Origin: Chrysomallon squamiferum
Lineage: Eukaryota; Animalia; Mollusca
Assembly (NCBI GenBank): GCA_012295275.1
Contig: CM022670.1
Location: 2,108,001-2,172,000 of the forward strand
Length of the DNA: 64,000 nt
Direction of reading: 5' to 3'
The notes beneath the pieces are model-generated. The model was not told where the DNA came from, searched no databases, and saw nothing but the letters and a program-made list of their open reading frames with translations. Both the position numbers and the translations under genes were made by a program. This document shows, piece by piece, positions 11,454-22,983 of this stretch; within the stretch, counting starts at the first letter, position 1, and each line of letters starts with the position of its first letter.

Positions 11454-14400
11454 ATGTCAGATGCCAAAAAGGTGGCAGTGGTATGTAATTAAATATAATT
11501 CTTAATAAAACGTAAAATTTAAATAAGTCTCGTGGTTTAAAACACAAAAGTATTTGTTATAATATTTCATTATTTGAAATAGTTACGCTAAAAGTAATGG
11601 GAAGATGTAGCACACGCACACATAGACACACACACATAAATAAATTTTATTGTTATTTTCAACTATTATTAAATAATAATTCATTTTGTACGCGACTGTT
11701 CTTTAAATCAGTAAGGAGAAAGCATTGATCAGGACCTAAAGCGTAAGTCGATGAACGGATCAGAAATCACGTATTTAAAGTTTCATGTGATTAACAAATG
11801 ACGAAAATAAAAGGAATAATTCAGAGTTTTTATATTTGTTTATGCACGAAAAAAAAAAAAAAAAAGTATTTTGTTTAAAAACAAAAATATAAAAAAACAA
11901 CATTTTACTTCCTTTTTCTTTTATTTCAAAAAATAAATAATTCTGTAAAGTAATATTAAATAAATAATGATTATATTTAGGTGACTGGATCAAACAAGGG
12001 AATTGGATTTGCTATAGTTAGAGCTTTGTGTAAGAAATTTGATGGAGATGTTTTTCTAACTGGTAAGTGTCTGATTACTTTTTGTAAATATAAAAATAAT
12101 CATCTCAGAAAAAAATAACTTTAGTTAGTATTAATCCCTTTGGAACATTTTCTGTCTGTCAGTCTATTCTTTGCCAGTGATTTCATCAAATTATTTCTAC
12201 AGAATAAACTGTTTTTAATGAGTTCTTATATGCTGGATTTTGATTATCATTATTATTATTATTATATATTTTTTCTCATAATTTTAATATAATTATTGCT
12301 ACTATAATAGAAAATGTCAGGCATCATCATGTTGTATATGAAATACATATGGTTTATGTGTGTAGTAGCCATGGATCCTTTCAAAAATTATCATAATTTT
12401 CCAGAATAATTGTTTTTATAAATTTGAAAGTGTTTTCTGATGGATGGTGTTCTTCAGTGATGTTTGTACACTGCTAACAAGTGGAATTTTTGTACCATTG
12501 TGATTTCAGATGAAAGAGAAGTATGAAGCAGGTGTTTTTATTATGATCCCCAGATTTAACATGTTAGGTTACACTATTTTTTAATTACCAGTTTAAAATA
12601 CTAATTGTTTTTGTTTAAAGCTCGTGATGAAGGTAGAGGTCAAGATGCTGTGTCTGAACTCAATAAAGAGGGGCTGTCTCCAAAGTTTCACCAGCTGGAC
12701 ATCACTGACCACAGCAGTATAGAAAAACTGAAAAACTTTCTTCAGTCAACATACGGAGGTCTTGATGTTCTCGTCAACAATGCTGGCATTGCTTCCGAGG
12801 TATATGTTTGTTTTGTGTGTGTGTGAAAGAGATAGATAAAGTAGAATTTTCTGAATGTGAATGGTCCACACAAGGTTTATGCTTTGCTTTACTATTATTA
12901 TTGTTTATATAGTACTATTGTACTAATTGTTTTTATTATTACTATAATTTTAATAATTTTCATTACAGCAGTCAACAGCTCCATTTGGAGAACAAGCTGA
13001 AGTGAAAATGAAAACTAATTTCTTTGCCACTTTAGACAACTGTGAAACTTTGTTTCCTTTACTCCGACCACATGCCAGGTAGGCTTATACAAATTACTAA
13101 TTATTCTTTAATAGACATTGTTATTTTTAAACACATTTATCAAATGGAGATAACTGTTATTTAAATTGTCTGCATAACATCAATCACAAAACAGCATGGG
13201 TACTTTTCTGTTGAAGGTGCATATAAAAGACTTGCAACTTATTTGTGAGAGTGACTCCCAAAATGGTAGTAGTTCTACTAGTTGATTTCCAAATTGTAGA
13301 TATCACGTGTTTGACATATATTAGCTGTTAATGTAAAGTATATACTTATTTGTCATAAAAACTATCATTAATCAATAAGAAAAGTATGCAGGCTGAAATC
13401 TCAAGTATTACTTTTGGTATACCAATTCAATATAACCAAAAATCACTGTGCAAATATGCCATTTTATACCATGCTTTGATGGAGTACTGTTGTGACTTAA
13501 ACAGGATTCTGACACTGCTGGCCAATAGTTCAGCCTGTTGATCACTGATATTACATTAGGGTATCCTAATGAGTGCACACCTTTGAAAAATCTGCAAATA
13601 AAGCACATTTATATAATACAACTTGATAATTCATGCCTATCACAAAATGACTGTCACAGAACAGTTGGTCAGGAATCCACCACTGACCATCATCAGAGCA
13701 GCCATCAACAAGTTACATCAACTTCGCAGGATCAGCATATCCAACCAGCTGTTGACCAGAACTGATTTCAGCAGTCATCATGGTTGTCCAGCAATTCCAC
13801 ATTTATGCTCAGATGGTCAGGAATATTATCAAATCAAAGATAGAGAACTCCAGCATCTGGCCATGCTGACCTGCAAGGAAATCAGTCTTTACTGCATGCA
13901 TTCATTGACATCAGATCCAGTTGACAAGGAATCAATGTTCACAATACAACATGAGAATTGCTAGAGAGTTTATCAGAGGAAGCAAGAGGCACCAGGGATG
14001 TTGACAGATTTAGGGGAGACAATGTTATGGTATGGGAGATAACATTCACACATGATGTTCCAACAAGACAGTACTCAACTGCATGTTGCCCAAGAATGAA
14101 CTGATGTCTGACCCTACAGTGAATGAGAAGGTTGCCCTGACTAACAGTGTCACCAGACATCAGTCCCATAGAGCACTTTCATATGAACTTCTAAATGACG
14201 TGGTTATCAATTGCATAATTTCTGGCATGAATCATGTCTGGGTTATCAAATAAATGACCATTAACTGATGAACAATTTCAAAACAAGCATCTTGATAAAT
14301 ATTTTATAATTTATTTCAGAGTAGTGAATGTTTCCAGTCTCCGTTCACAGATGGCTGTTAAGAAATGTTCACCGGAACTACAAGCCAAGCTCAAAGATCC

Positions 14401-15775
14401 AGCAATTACCATGGAAACACTGAAAAAACTTATGCAAGATTTTGTAGAGTAAGTATTTGTTTTAAAATCTCTCAAAACTGTTTAACAGCCTTAGCTGCAA
14501 GTAAAGTATAATAGTAATAAAGAAATGCATGGAGACTGCCACTTTTCCACTGTTTAGTGATAGCATGTAAAACTCTGGTAGACTGAATCAGTCAGATCAT
14601 TTGTTCAAGCAGCTGTATTAATTAATATGTTAATTTTTCATGCACTCACTGGACACATGAATTGACATACTGACTCTGATTAAACGAGTAAATATGAATA
14701 AATTAATAAATAAATCATGACACAGCTGAAATGTGTGTTAATGTCATTTTGTATTTTTTTAATTGTTATTTATATATTTTTATATTTTAATTTTATTTGG
14801 TTTTTTGTTGTTTTTTTTTTTTTTTTTTTTTTTTCAGTGCTTCAAAGTCAGGTACCCACAAAGAAAAAGGCTGGCCTGATTTTGCTTATGGTGTATCAAA
14901 AATTGGAGTCAGTGTGATGAGCTTCATTCAGCAGAGAACAATGATGAATGACCCAAGAGAGGATATTGTCATCAATGCTGTGAGACTAAATTTGTATTTT
15001 GTATAATTTACCTCTACATTAAATAACAAATAAACTTAATAATTTCTTTCTTTTTATTTTTTTAATATGGAATAGTAGCAAATATATTATTTCGAAAATG
15101 AAACAACAATTCTGGTTTGTTTTTAATGAAATGTATGTTACATTAATACTTTATAATTTTCTTTCAGTGCTGCCCAGGCTATGTAGCAACAGATATGACC
15201 AGTTTTAAAGGCCCTAAAACAATTGATCAAGGTATATTTTTAAAAAATATAACCCAAAATTTTAAACTAAGTGATGAAATATAAAATTATACCATAATGT
15301 TTATATAATTCTTTTCTAAGTATAGATATTTCTTTTTTTAACATTTTTTTTTTATTTTATCTTATTTTTTTTTCTTATTTATATATATTTATATTTTTTT
15401 AATAAAAGAACATTCACTGTATTTACTACTTTTGTCATTTCCCTTTATCACTTATTTTGACTCCAGCAATTATCTTGCTATTATTACAATATCAACTACT
15501 ACTACAACTATTACCATCCCAGCCAGTTACTTTTCCTGCAACCGTAGCTATTTTACCAGTTTTATTTGTATTGGTACTATGACTGCAGCTTCTACAATTA
15601 CTACTATTAAACCCACTACTTTTACAACTACTGCCACTGTGAATGCAACCACTTTTTTATTACAGGTGCAGACACTCCAGTTTACCTTGCACTGTTACCA
15701 CCAAATACAACTTCTCCAAAAGGAAATTATGTAACTGAAAGAAAAATTGAACAGTGGGGAGAAGATCAATTATAA
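11454..15775 (+). CDS. CBR1: Carbonyl reductase [NADPH] 1-like SDR, tandem copy 3 (about 280 aa, chimeric, C-terminally extended)
   Basis: Exons 11454-11480, 11981-12062, 12621-12799, 12969-13078, 14320-14448, 14838-14979, 15168-15231, 15666-15775 (843 nt, open frame). Translation: MSDAKKVAV...NNAGIASE|QSTAPF...NVSSLRSQMA...GWPDFAYGVSK...CCPGYVATDMT...EQWGEDQL*. Confidence 0.9.
13180..13275 (+). mobile_element. SINE-like fragment (homologous remnant also at about 3370-3430 in copy 1 intron 4)
   Basis: GAAGGTGCATATAAAAGAC...GAGAGTGACTCCCAAAATGG matches the core shared by the dispersed copies at 25.8, 37.8 and 58.6 kb. Confidence 0.5.
13455..14190 (+). mobile_element. Decayed Tc1-family (DD34E) transposase relic in intron 4 of CBR copy 3
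   Basis: Broken translation keeps Tc1 motifs in order: TTDHHQSSHQQVTSTSQDQHI (cf. DRPRSGRPRVTT..QDR.I), DRFRGDNVMVW at about 14000-14035 (cf. FGGGSVMVW), FQQDSTQLHVA at 14058-14090 (cf. FQQDNARPH) and LP*LTVSPDISPIEH at about 14132-14176 (cf. WP..SPDL.PIEH). The D (14067) to E (14171) spacing is 104 nt, one short of D34E. It has stops and frameshifts. Confidence 0.85.
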
Positions 15776-17595
15776 GAACTGTGATCCCAGTTTTATTAGT
15801 AATAAATTCTTCAAGTTTAATCATCAAAGAAAATATTTACATATATCCAAGGATAAAAATATGAAGTTACTGATGCCAGTTTAGTAGATCATAGTTATCT
15901 GATTTTTTTATTTGATTTTTTTAAATTTGCCATAATGGCAGTGAAACAAACAATAATGTATGAGTCTATTTATAAAAATATCTACTCAGAAAGGCTGATT
16001 ACATTAGAAACAAGTGTATGCAATATGTAGTCAGTCTTTCATTTGTGAAATGATGGACAATAAACACTGACAAAAATAAATATGGTAGATACAAAGTAAT
16101 CAGATTCACATATTTCATTGCCATGTTTTATTATTAGCAAAGATTTGATATTGATACCAAAATAAAATAAAAGTCTACTTAGACTATTGTTTTATTACCA
16201 AATGTACACTTTCAAACAATATTACATTCATTATGTATATGTTACAGAAATAGCAGACCCAGTATAATGGATGCATGGCTTAAACAAAGAAAATAAGAAT
16301 AATAATTATTTTTACCTATTATTTCAGCGTTTTTGAACATAGTTATGTCTGTCAGATTAAAGTGATACAGACTTGTTATCTAAGGTAATCCAAGACAAAG
16401 ACATTATTTCTTACATGAATTTATTTTTCGTTATGGTTACACGTCTTCAATACCATTCCTGGGGGGGGTTATTTTTTTTTTTTTCATTATTTTTATAAAA
16501 ACATTTAAAATATATATATATATATACTTTAGCTGTGTTTTTGTTTTATTGTACTAATTTTATTTTTCTTAATAATCTTTGAGAGGATTAAAATATAATT
16601 TAATTATCTGGACACTGAAATATTAAATAAAATTTAATTTTATTAAAATCATAATTGAGATCCACATAATAGTAATTATGTTTAAGACTGGGTTACTTCT
16701 ACCCATTTGTGAACAGGGGAGGATCTTGAGAGAAATAAGAAATCATGCAATAATCAGAAGTCAATGATCATAACGTGAATAAGTAAAAGCCAAACCTTGT
16801 ATTTTTAAATTGTGAAATTAAAATATGTTATTTAGTTATCAAACAGATCAGAATCGTTTTTTAATTGTTTTTCTTATTTTTATTATTTTTATTTTTATTT
16901 TTTTATTTTATTATTATTTTTTTTACACTTTAGTATAATGAAATTTTAACATGTTAACTCGGAAATTGCCCAGAGTTTAAAAAAGTTTGAAACTTATAAC
17001 AAACATGTAAGCTATCAACAACCAGAACGAAAAATAATAAAATAATTAATTAAATTTAAAAAATAAATAAATAAAATGTATAAAATCTGATATAAATAAT
17101 AGACACATAACAAACATTTGCTTGATGATTTCATCAAAACGCAAATTAACATGTCAGCACATATTTTTCCAGTCTCACGTTTGATAGCCTTCTTGGCTTT
17201 CTGTTTATATTATTATTATTATTATTAAATTAATTGTGTAATTAACCATTAACTCATTTCTTGATTGCCATGGTCGCGTGGGGTGAAGAAAACAACAACA
17301 AACAAAGGAAAAAACAAAAACAAAATAAAAAAGTAAAACAAATCTCGTTTTCAAAAAGTTTCAAAAGTGTTAATAAATGGATTAATATAACATTATTATC
17401 ATAATGTTAACATAATTAATAGTTACTGCATGAAATCCTGACAACTAGGAAAAATCTTAATCAGCTTGCATTGAATTTTGATCCTAACGGGTCTCCATAC
17501 TTTCACATTAATCTCGGTTGCCTCTGCCTTTGGATTACCGTGCATGCTTCGATTCAGGTCATCATTATTAAATTTTATTAAGAGTAATTTGTGAC

Positions 17596-20500
17596 ATGTC
17601 AGATGCCAAAAAGGTGGCAGTGGTATGTAATTAAATATAATTCTTAATAAAACGTAAAATTTAAATAAGTCTCGTGGTTTAAAACACAAAAGTATTTGTT
17701 ATAATATTTGAAATAGTTACGCTAAAAGTAATGGGAAGATGTAGCAAATACACACACACGCACACACATGAAGTTATTTTATTGTTGTTTTTTCAACTGT
17801 TATTAAATAATAATTCATTTTGTAAGCGACTGTTCTTAAAAACCGTAAGGAGAAAGCATTGATCAGGACCTAAAGCGAAAGTCGATGAACGGATCAGAAA
17901 TCACGTATTTAAAGTTTCATGTGATTAACAAATGACGAAAATAAAAGGAATAATTCAGTTTTTATATTTGTTTATTCACGAAAAAAAAAATAAAAGTATT
18001 TTTGTTTAAAAACAAAAATATAAAAAACAACATTTTACTTCCTTTTTCTTTTATTTCAAAAAATATATAATGATTCTGTAAAGTAATCTTAAATAAATAA
18101 TGATTACTTATTTAGGTGACTGGATCAAACAAGGGAATTGGATTTGCTATAGTTAGAGCTTTGTGTAAGAAATTTGAAGGAGATGTTTTTCTAACTGGTA
18201 AGTGTCTGATTAATTTTTGTAAATATAAAAATAATCATCTCAGAAAAAAAATAACTTTAGTTAGTATTAATCCCTTCAGAACATTTTCTGTCTGTCAGTC
18301 TATTCTTTGCCAGTTATTTCATCAAATTATTTCTATTGAATAAACTGTTTTTAATGTGCTCTTATATGCTGGATTTTGATTATCATTATTATTATTATTA
18401 TTATATATTTTTTCTCATAATTTTAATATAATTATTACTACTATAATAGAAAATGTCAGGTGTCATGTTGTATATGAAATATATACGGTTTATGTGTGTA
18501 GTAGCCATGGATCCTTTAAAAAAATTATCATTATTTTCCAGAGTAAATTTTGTTATAAATTTGAAAGTGTTTTCTGATGGATGGTGTTCTTTAGTGATGG
18601 TTGTACACTGCTATCAAGTGGAATTTTTGTACCATTGTGATTTCAGCTGAGAGGCAAATATGAAGCAGGTATTTTTTTATTATAATCTACAGATTTAACA
18701 TGTTAGATTAGGCTATTTCTTAATTACCAATTTAAATTTTTGTTTTTTTTGTTTAAAGCTCGTGATGAAGGTAGAGGTCAAGATGCTGTGTCTGAACTCA
18801 GTAAAGAGGGGCTGTCTCCAAAGTTTCACCAGTTGGACATTACTGACCACAGCAGTACAGAAAAACTGAAAAACTTTCTTCAGTCATCATACGGAGGTAT
18901 TGATGTTCTCGTCAATAATGCTGCCATTGCTTACAAGGTATATGTTGTTTTGTGTGTGTCTATGTGTCTGTGTGTGAGAGAGATAAAGATTATGAATATG
19001 AGAAAAATAAAGGGATAGACAGTGGTTCTCAACCTTTTTGGCCAATGGCACACCTTGGAACACATGCAAAAATAGCAGCACATAATGAAAATTGTAATAA
19101 AATTGCTAAAGCTGTGTCACATAACATGGGATACTCCTCTTGAACTGAAATCCAAAATGAATCAATGGGCACAGTTAAATGTTTTAATTTTAACCCTTGG
19201 TCACTAGAAAGCGTGGCCAATTCTTCTTCTTCCTGTAACTCAAGTTCAAAGTTGAAAGAATGATTTATGAAAGGATCTCCAATTCAATCATACTTTTCTG
19301 TCTTTAATGACAGAAAGTAATTGTTGATGGTTTCATCCAGGGCTGTTAGATGAGTAAATACAATAGGGATCATTTCTCAAATGCAGGTAGAACGCAATAA
19401 AGGAAACATATCAAGATTGACAGTGATTGCTCTTTTTTTTCCAAATCACTATTTTCTTTTTGAGGGCAACTAACTTGTCTGTTGAAGTGAGAATATTTTC
19501 GTTTTTACCTTGCATACTATCTTTGTTATTTTTTATTTATTTATCTATATACAATTAATGTAATAATTGATATTACTATCTGTACCCATTTCAGGTGCAG
19601 TCCACAGCTCCATTTGGAGAACAAGCTGAAGTGACAATGAAAACTAATTTCTTTGCCACTTTAGACAACTGTGAAACTTTATTTCCTTTGCTCCAACCAC
19701 ATGCCAGGTAGGCTTAGAGAAAGTACTAGTTATACTTTAATAGACATTGGTATTTTTAAACATATTTATCAAATCATAAATAAATGAATTATTATTTAAA
19801 TTGTCTGTGTAAAAATCTTTGCATGCGAAATGTCAGGTAACACAATCAGTGGTCCACTGTAGTCTATCCAATAAGCTACTGACCATAACATACACTGACC
19901 AAAAGCCTTAGGACATTTTTCAGTCCATGTAAATTGTATATAAAATATCCTTACAGGTAATTTTGTCTGGTAAAATTATTTGCACAAGTAATATCAGGTG
20001 ACATAATCTAACTGGTCATTACCATCATAAAATATGTATTAAAAGAAAATTATTTTCTTACTATTTATAATTCTGTTTCAGAGTAGTGAATGTTTCCAGT
20101 CTTGCTTCATTCATGTCTTTGAAGAAATGTTCACCAGAACTGCAAACTAAACTCAAAGATCCAGCAATTACAATGGAAACACTGAAAAAACTTATGCAAG
20201 ATTTTGTAGAGTAAGTATTTAAGTTGTTTTTTTCTTTTGGTTTTTGGGTGATTTTTTTTTTTATATCTTATCATTTTTTAAATTACTTTTTTATTTTCCA
20301 GTGCTGCAAAGTCAGGTACCCACAAAGAAAAAGGCTGGCCTGATTGGGCTTATGGTGTATCAAAAATTGGAGTCAGTGTGATGAGCTTCATTCAGCAGAG
20401 AACAATGATGAATGACCCAAGAGAGGATATTGTCATCAATGCTGTGAGATTAAACACTTATCTTTTATAATCTACCCATACATTAAAGTAATAAATAAAT

Positions 20501-21484
20501 TTAGACTTTTCTTTCTTTCTGTTGTATAACACAGTACAGCAGCAAATTTATTATTTTGAAAAATGGTAGGTTTGCAGCATCAGGCATAAAAGAACATTTC
20601 TTATTTTGTGTGTGTTTTTTGTTTTTTGGTGTTTTTTTCATGAAGTAAGTGCCATAATAATGCCTGGAAAAGAGAATTGTATTATGTAAAGATGCCAGTC
20701 ACATGGGATTCTTAACCTTTAATATATTGATCTTTTTGTTAATTTTTTTAAATTAGTTGAAATATAATTAAAACAAAATTTATGTTGTTGAATTTTTTAC
20801 AGTAAATTGTTGTATTTTGTGCTTTTTGTTTTCAGTGCAGTCCAGGCTATGTAGCAACAGATATGACCAGTTACAAAGGCCATAAAACAATTGATGAAGG
20901 TATATTTTTAAAATTACATTTAAAATTTGTGAGTGAAACATTTCTGAAACTTTTAAGTTGAATTAAATACATAAATATAATTTTTTTTTAAATGTAGATA
21001 TTTATATAATTATTTTCAAAATTTGAAGTTGAAAAACAACAAAACAAAAACATTTCTTCTTTCCCTCGAAAATTTTTCTGTTTTTACAAATTTATTTCCC
21101 TTTTTACATAGTTTATAGCAGTTATCTCCCTTAGCATTACTTCTATGAATTGTATCAAAATTTCCTGTAGATTTCAAGAAAATGTATTGTTTAAACAGGT
21201 GGAATGAAAAAACAAAACAGAGTGGAGGATTAATATTATAATGTCTGTTACACCAGATTATTATTATTATTATTGTTGTTGTTGTTGTTGTTAAATGCTG
21301 TCTCAAATATTTTAGAAACAGGTCAACAGTTTTTATTGTGCTGTTACTGCTGCTGCTGTTACCACTACAACTATTATTTATTACAGGTGCAGACACCCCA
21401 GTCTACCTTGCACTGTTACCACCAAATACAACTTCTCCAAAAGGAAATTATGTAGCTGACAGAAAAATAGAACCATGGGGGTGA
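17596..21484 (+). CDS. CBR1: Carbonyl reductase [NADPH] 1-like SDR, tandem copy 4 (277 aa)
   Basis: Exons 17596-17622, 18116-18197, 18759-18937, 19595-19707, 20082-20210, 20302-20443, 20836-20899, 21387-21484 (834 nt, open frame). Translation: MSDAKKVAV...NNAAIAYK|VQSTAPF...NVSSLASFMS...GWPDWAYGVSK...CSPGYVATDMTSYKG...EPWG*. Confidence 0.93.
19020..19520 (-). mobile_element. hAT Charlie/Buster-type transposon 3' fragment in intron 3 of CBR copy 4
   Basis: TIR-like CAGTGGTTCTCAACCTTTTT at 19020. The minus strand reads SMQGKNENILTSTDKLVALKKKIVIW, NLDMFPLL, HLTALDETINNYF...YD*IGDPF and FWISVQEEYPMLCDTALAILLQF, matching the ZBED5/Buster transposase C-terminus and hATC dimerisation domain. It is truncated, with a stop and frameshift. 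Confidence 0.88.
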
Positions 21485-22519
21485 AATAAATAAAAGAACT
21501 CTGATGAGACTACAATAATAAATATTAATAATTAAAACAAGATCCAGAACAAATTAGCAATATATTGCTCTTGAGTGATTGTCAGGAAATTATTCAGTTA
21601 TAGCAAAAGGTAAAACTGTAAAGCAGTGTCTGGGCATTTTTATAGATTCCAGTTATTTGATTTTTAAAATTTAAGCCATTACTGCAGTGACATTTACAAC
21701 AATGCAAGAGTTTATTTATAGTAGCCATGTGAGTATTAGCTGGAATGTAAATCAACTGAAGCCAAACCACATACTCTGAAATTAAAATATATACTATTCA
21801 ATTTAGAAATAAAAACCAAAATGGATTTATAATTATTTTTCTCTTGTACATTAATAGAGTGAAATTATAACATTTAATTCAGAAATTATCCAGATTTAAA
21901 AGTAAGAAAACTATTGTAAGAAATAAGATATCAGTAATAAAAAAAATATTAATAATAAAATATAATACAGAATAATGATTTAAATATATTTTCAACAATT
22001 GATCCAAAAGACAAATTAATTTATTATCTACTCCTATATTTTCCTGTCTGACACTTGACAGCTGACTAGCTTTTTGTTTGGTTTTGTTGTTAACTCACAA
22101 CTTTACAGCATACATCTTGGAAAACGAAAATCTCTGAACAAATTTCAATAAATCAGAATCAGATGATTTTCAACATAATAAAAGTTTTATAATCAAGTAG
22201 CCTACTGTTATTAAAAAATCTTTTTTTTTTTTCACTATAAAACTATTTTTTAATAGATTTTCATAAATTTTTATTAATTTACTGATATTCAGATTTATTA
22301 CAATTTGTACAAAGAACCATTTTGTAATAAACAGCTTTTAAAAAATTATAAAGATTTTTTTAATCATCTCCAAATTACTGTATGTGTTAGACTGGGTGTA
22401 ATAAAACAAGTGACAATTGTATGCCTGCCTTTCTTGTATCTCGAGGGCAGTTTAAAAATGGCAGCAAAACTTCTTGTCACGTCCTGCCTAAGTTTTGCAG
22501 ACAGACAAAACTATGCCTC

Positions 22520-22720
22520 CATTTCATAAACGCGTCTTTCTGGTTAATGGCAAAGGACTTTTACAGGGACTCTCCCACAGGCAGGATAATAAACACAGGG
22601 CCTTTGTTAAATGAGTACTGACTGGAACGGGAAACTGGTGAAGGGGTTTACCAAGAGATATCGTGAATGGGCATTCCGCCATAGCAACAGAGTTATTGGT
22701 AATCAGATACAAACTGTATT
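22520..22720 (-). mobile_element. Degenerate SINE-like repeat copy
   Basis: GCAAAGGACTTTTAC...CCCACAGGCAGGATAATAAACACAGGGCCTTTGTT...ACTGACTGGAACGGGAAA is the reverse complement of the family seen at 25.8 kb and similar to 45.9 kb. Confidence 0.55.
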
Positions 22721-22894
22721 CAAATAATGGAGCTGTAATTTACCTTTCACGCAGCTAATCATAAATATAAACTTTAACACAAATTCTGTAATCTCGCTAG
22801 GATGAATAAAAATTGCAGTTTTATATCAGTGCTTCTCCAGCCAGTGCTGTTAAATTATTTCTTGTTATAATAATATTTAAACTAAAAGTATATT

Positions 22895-22896
<2 letters not shown>

Positions 22897-22977
<81 letters not shown>
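22897..22977. repeat. (CT)n microsatellite
   Basis: Direct reading. Confidence 0.97.

Positions 22978-22983
<6 letters not shown>

Larger units (their letters stand above)
7632..18758 (+). repeat. Recent tandem segmental duplication (units about 7632-12620 and 12621-18758)
   Basis: Introns 3, 5, 6, the 3' UTR and the whole intergenic spacer are near-identical between about 9600-11450 and 15760-17590. Introns 1-2 are near-identical between 11480-12620 and 17620-18758. Confidence 0.88.

Noticed and set aside
15761-15772. EDQL as an ER-retention or peroxisomal signal
   Set aside because: It matches neither KDEL/HDEL well nor PTS1, and the protein has no signal peptide.
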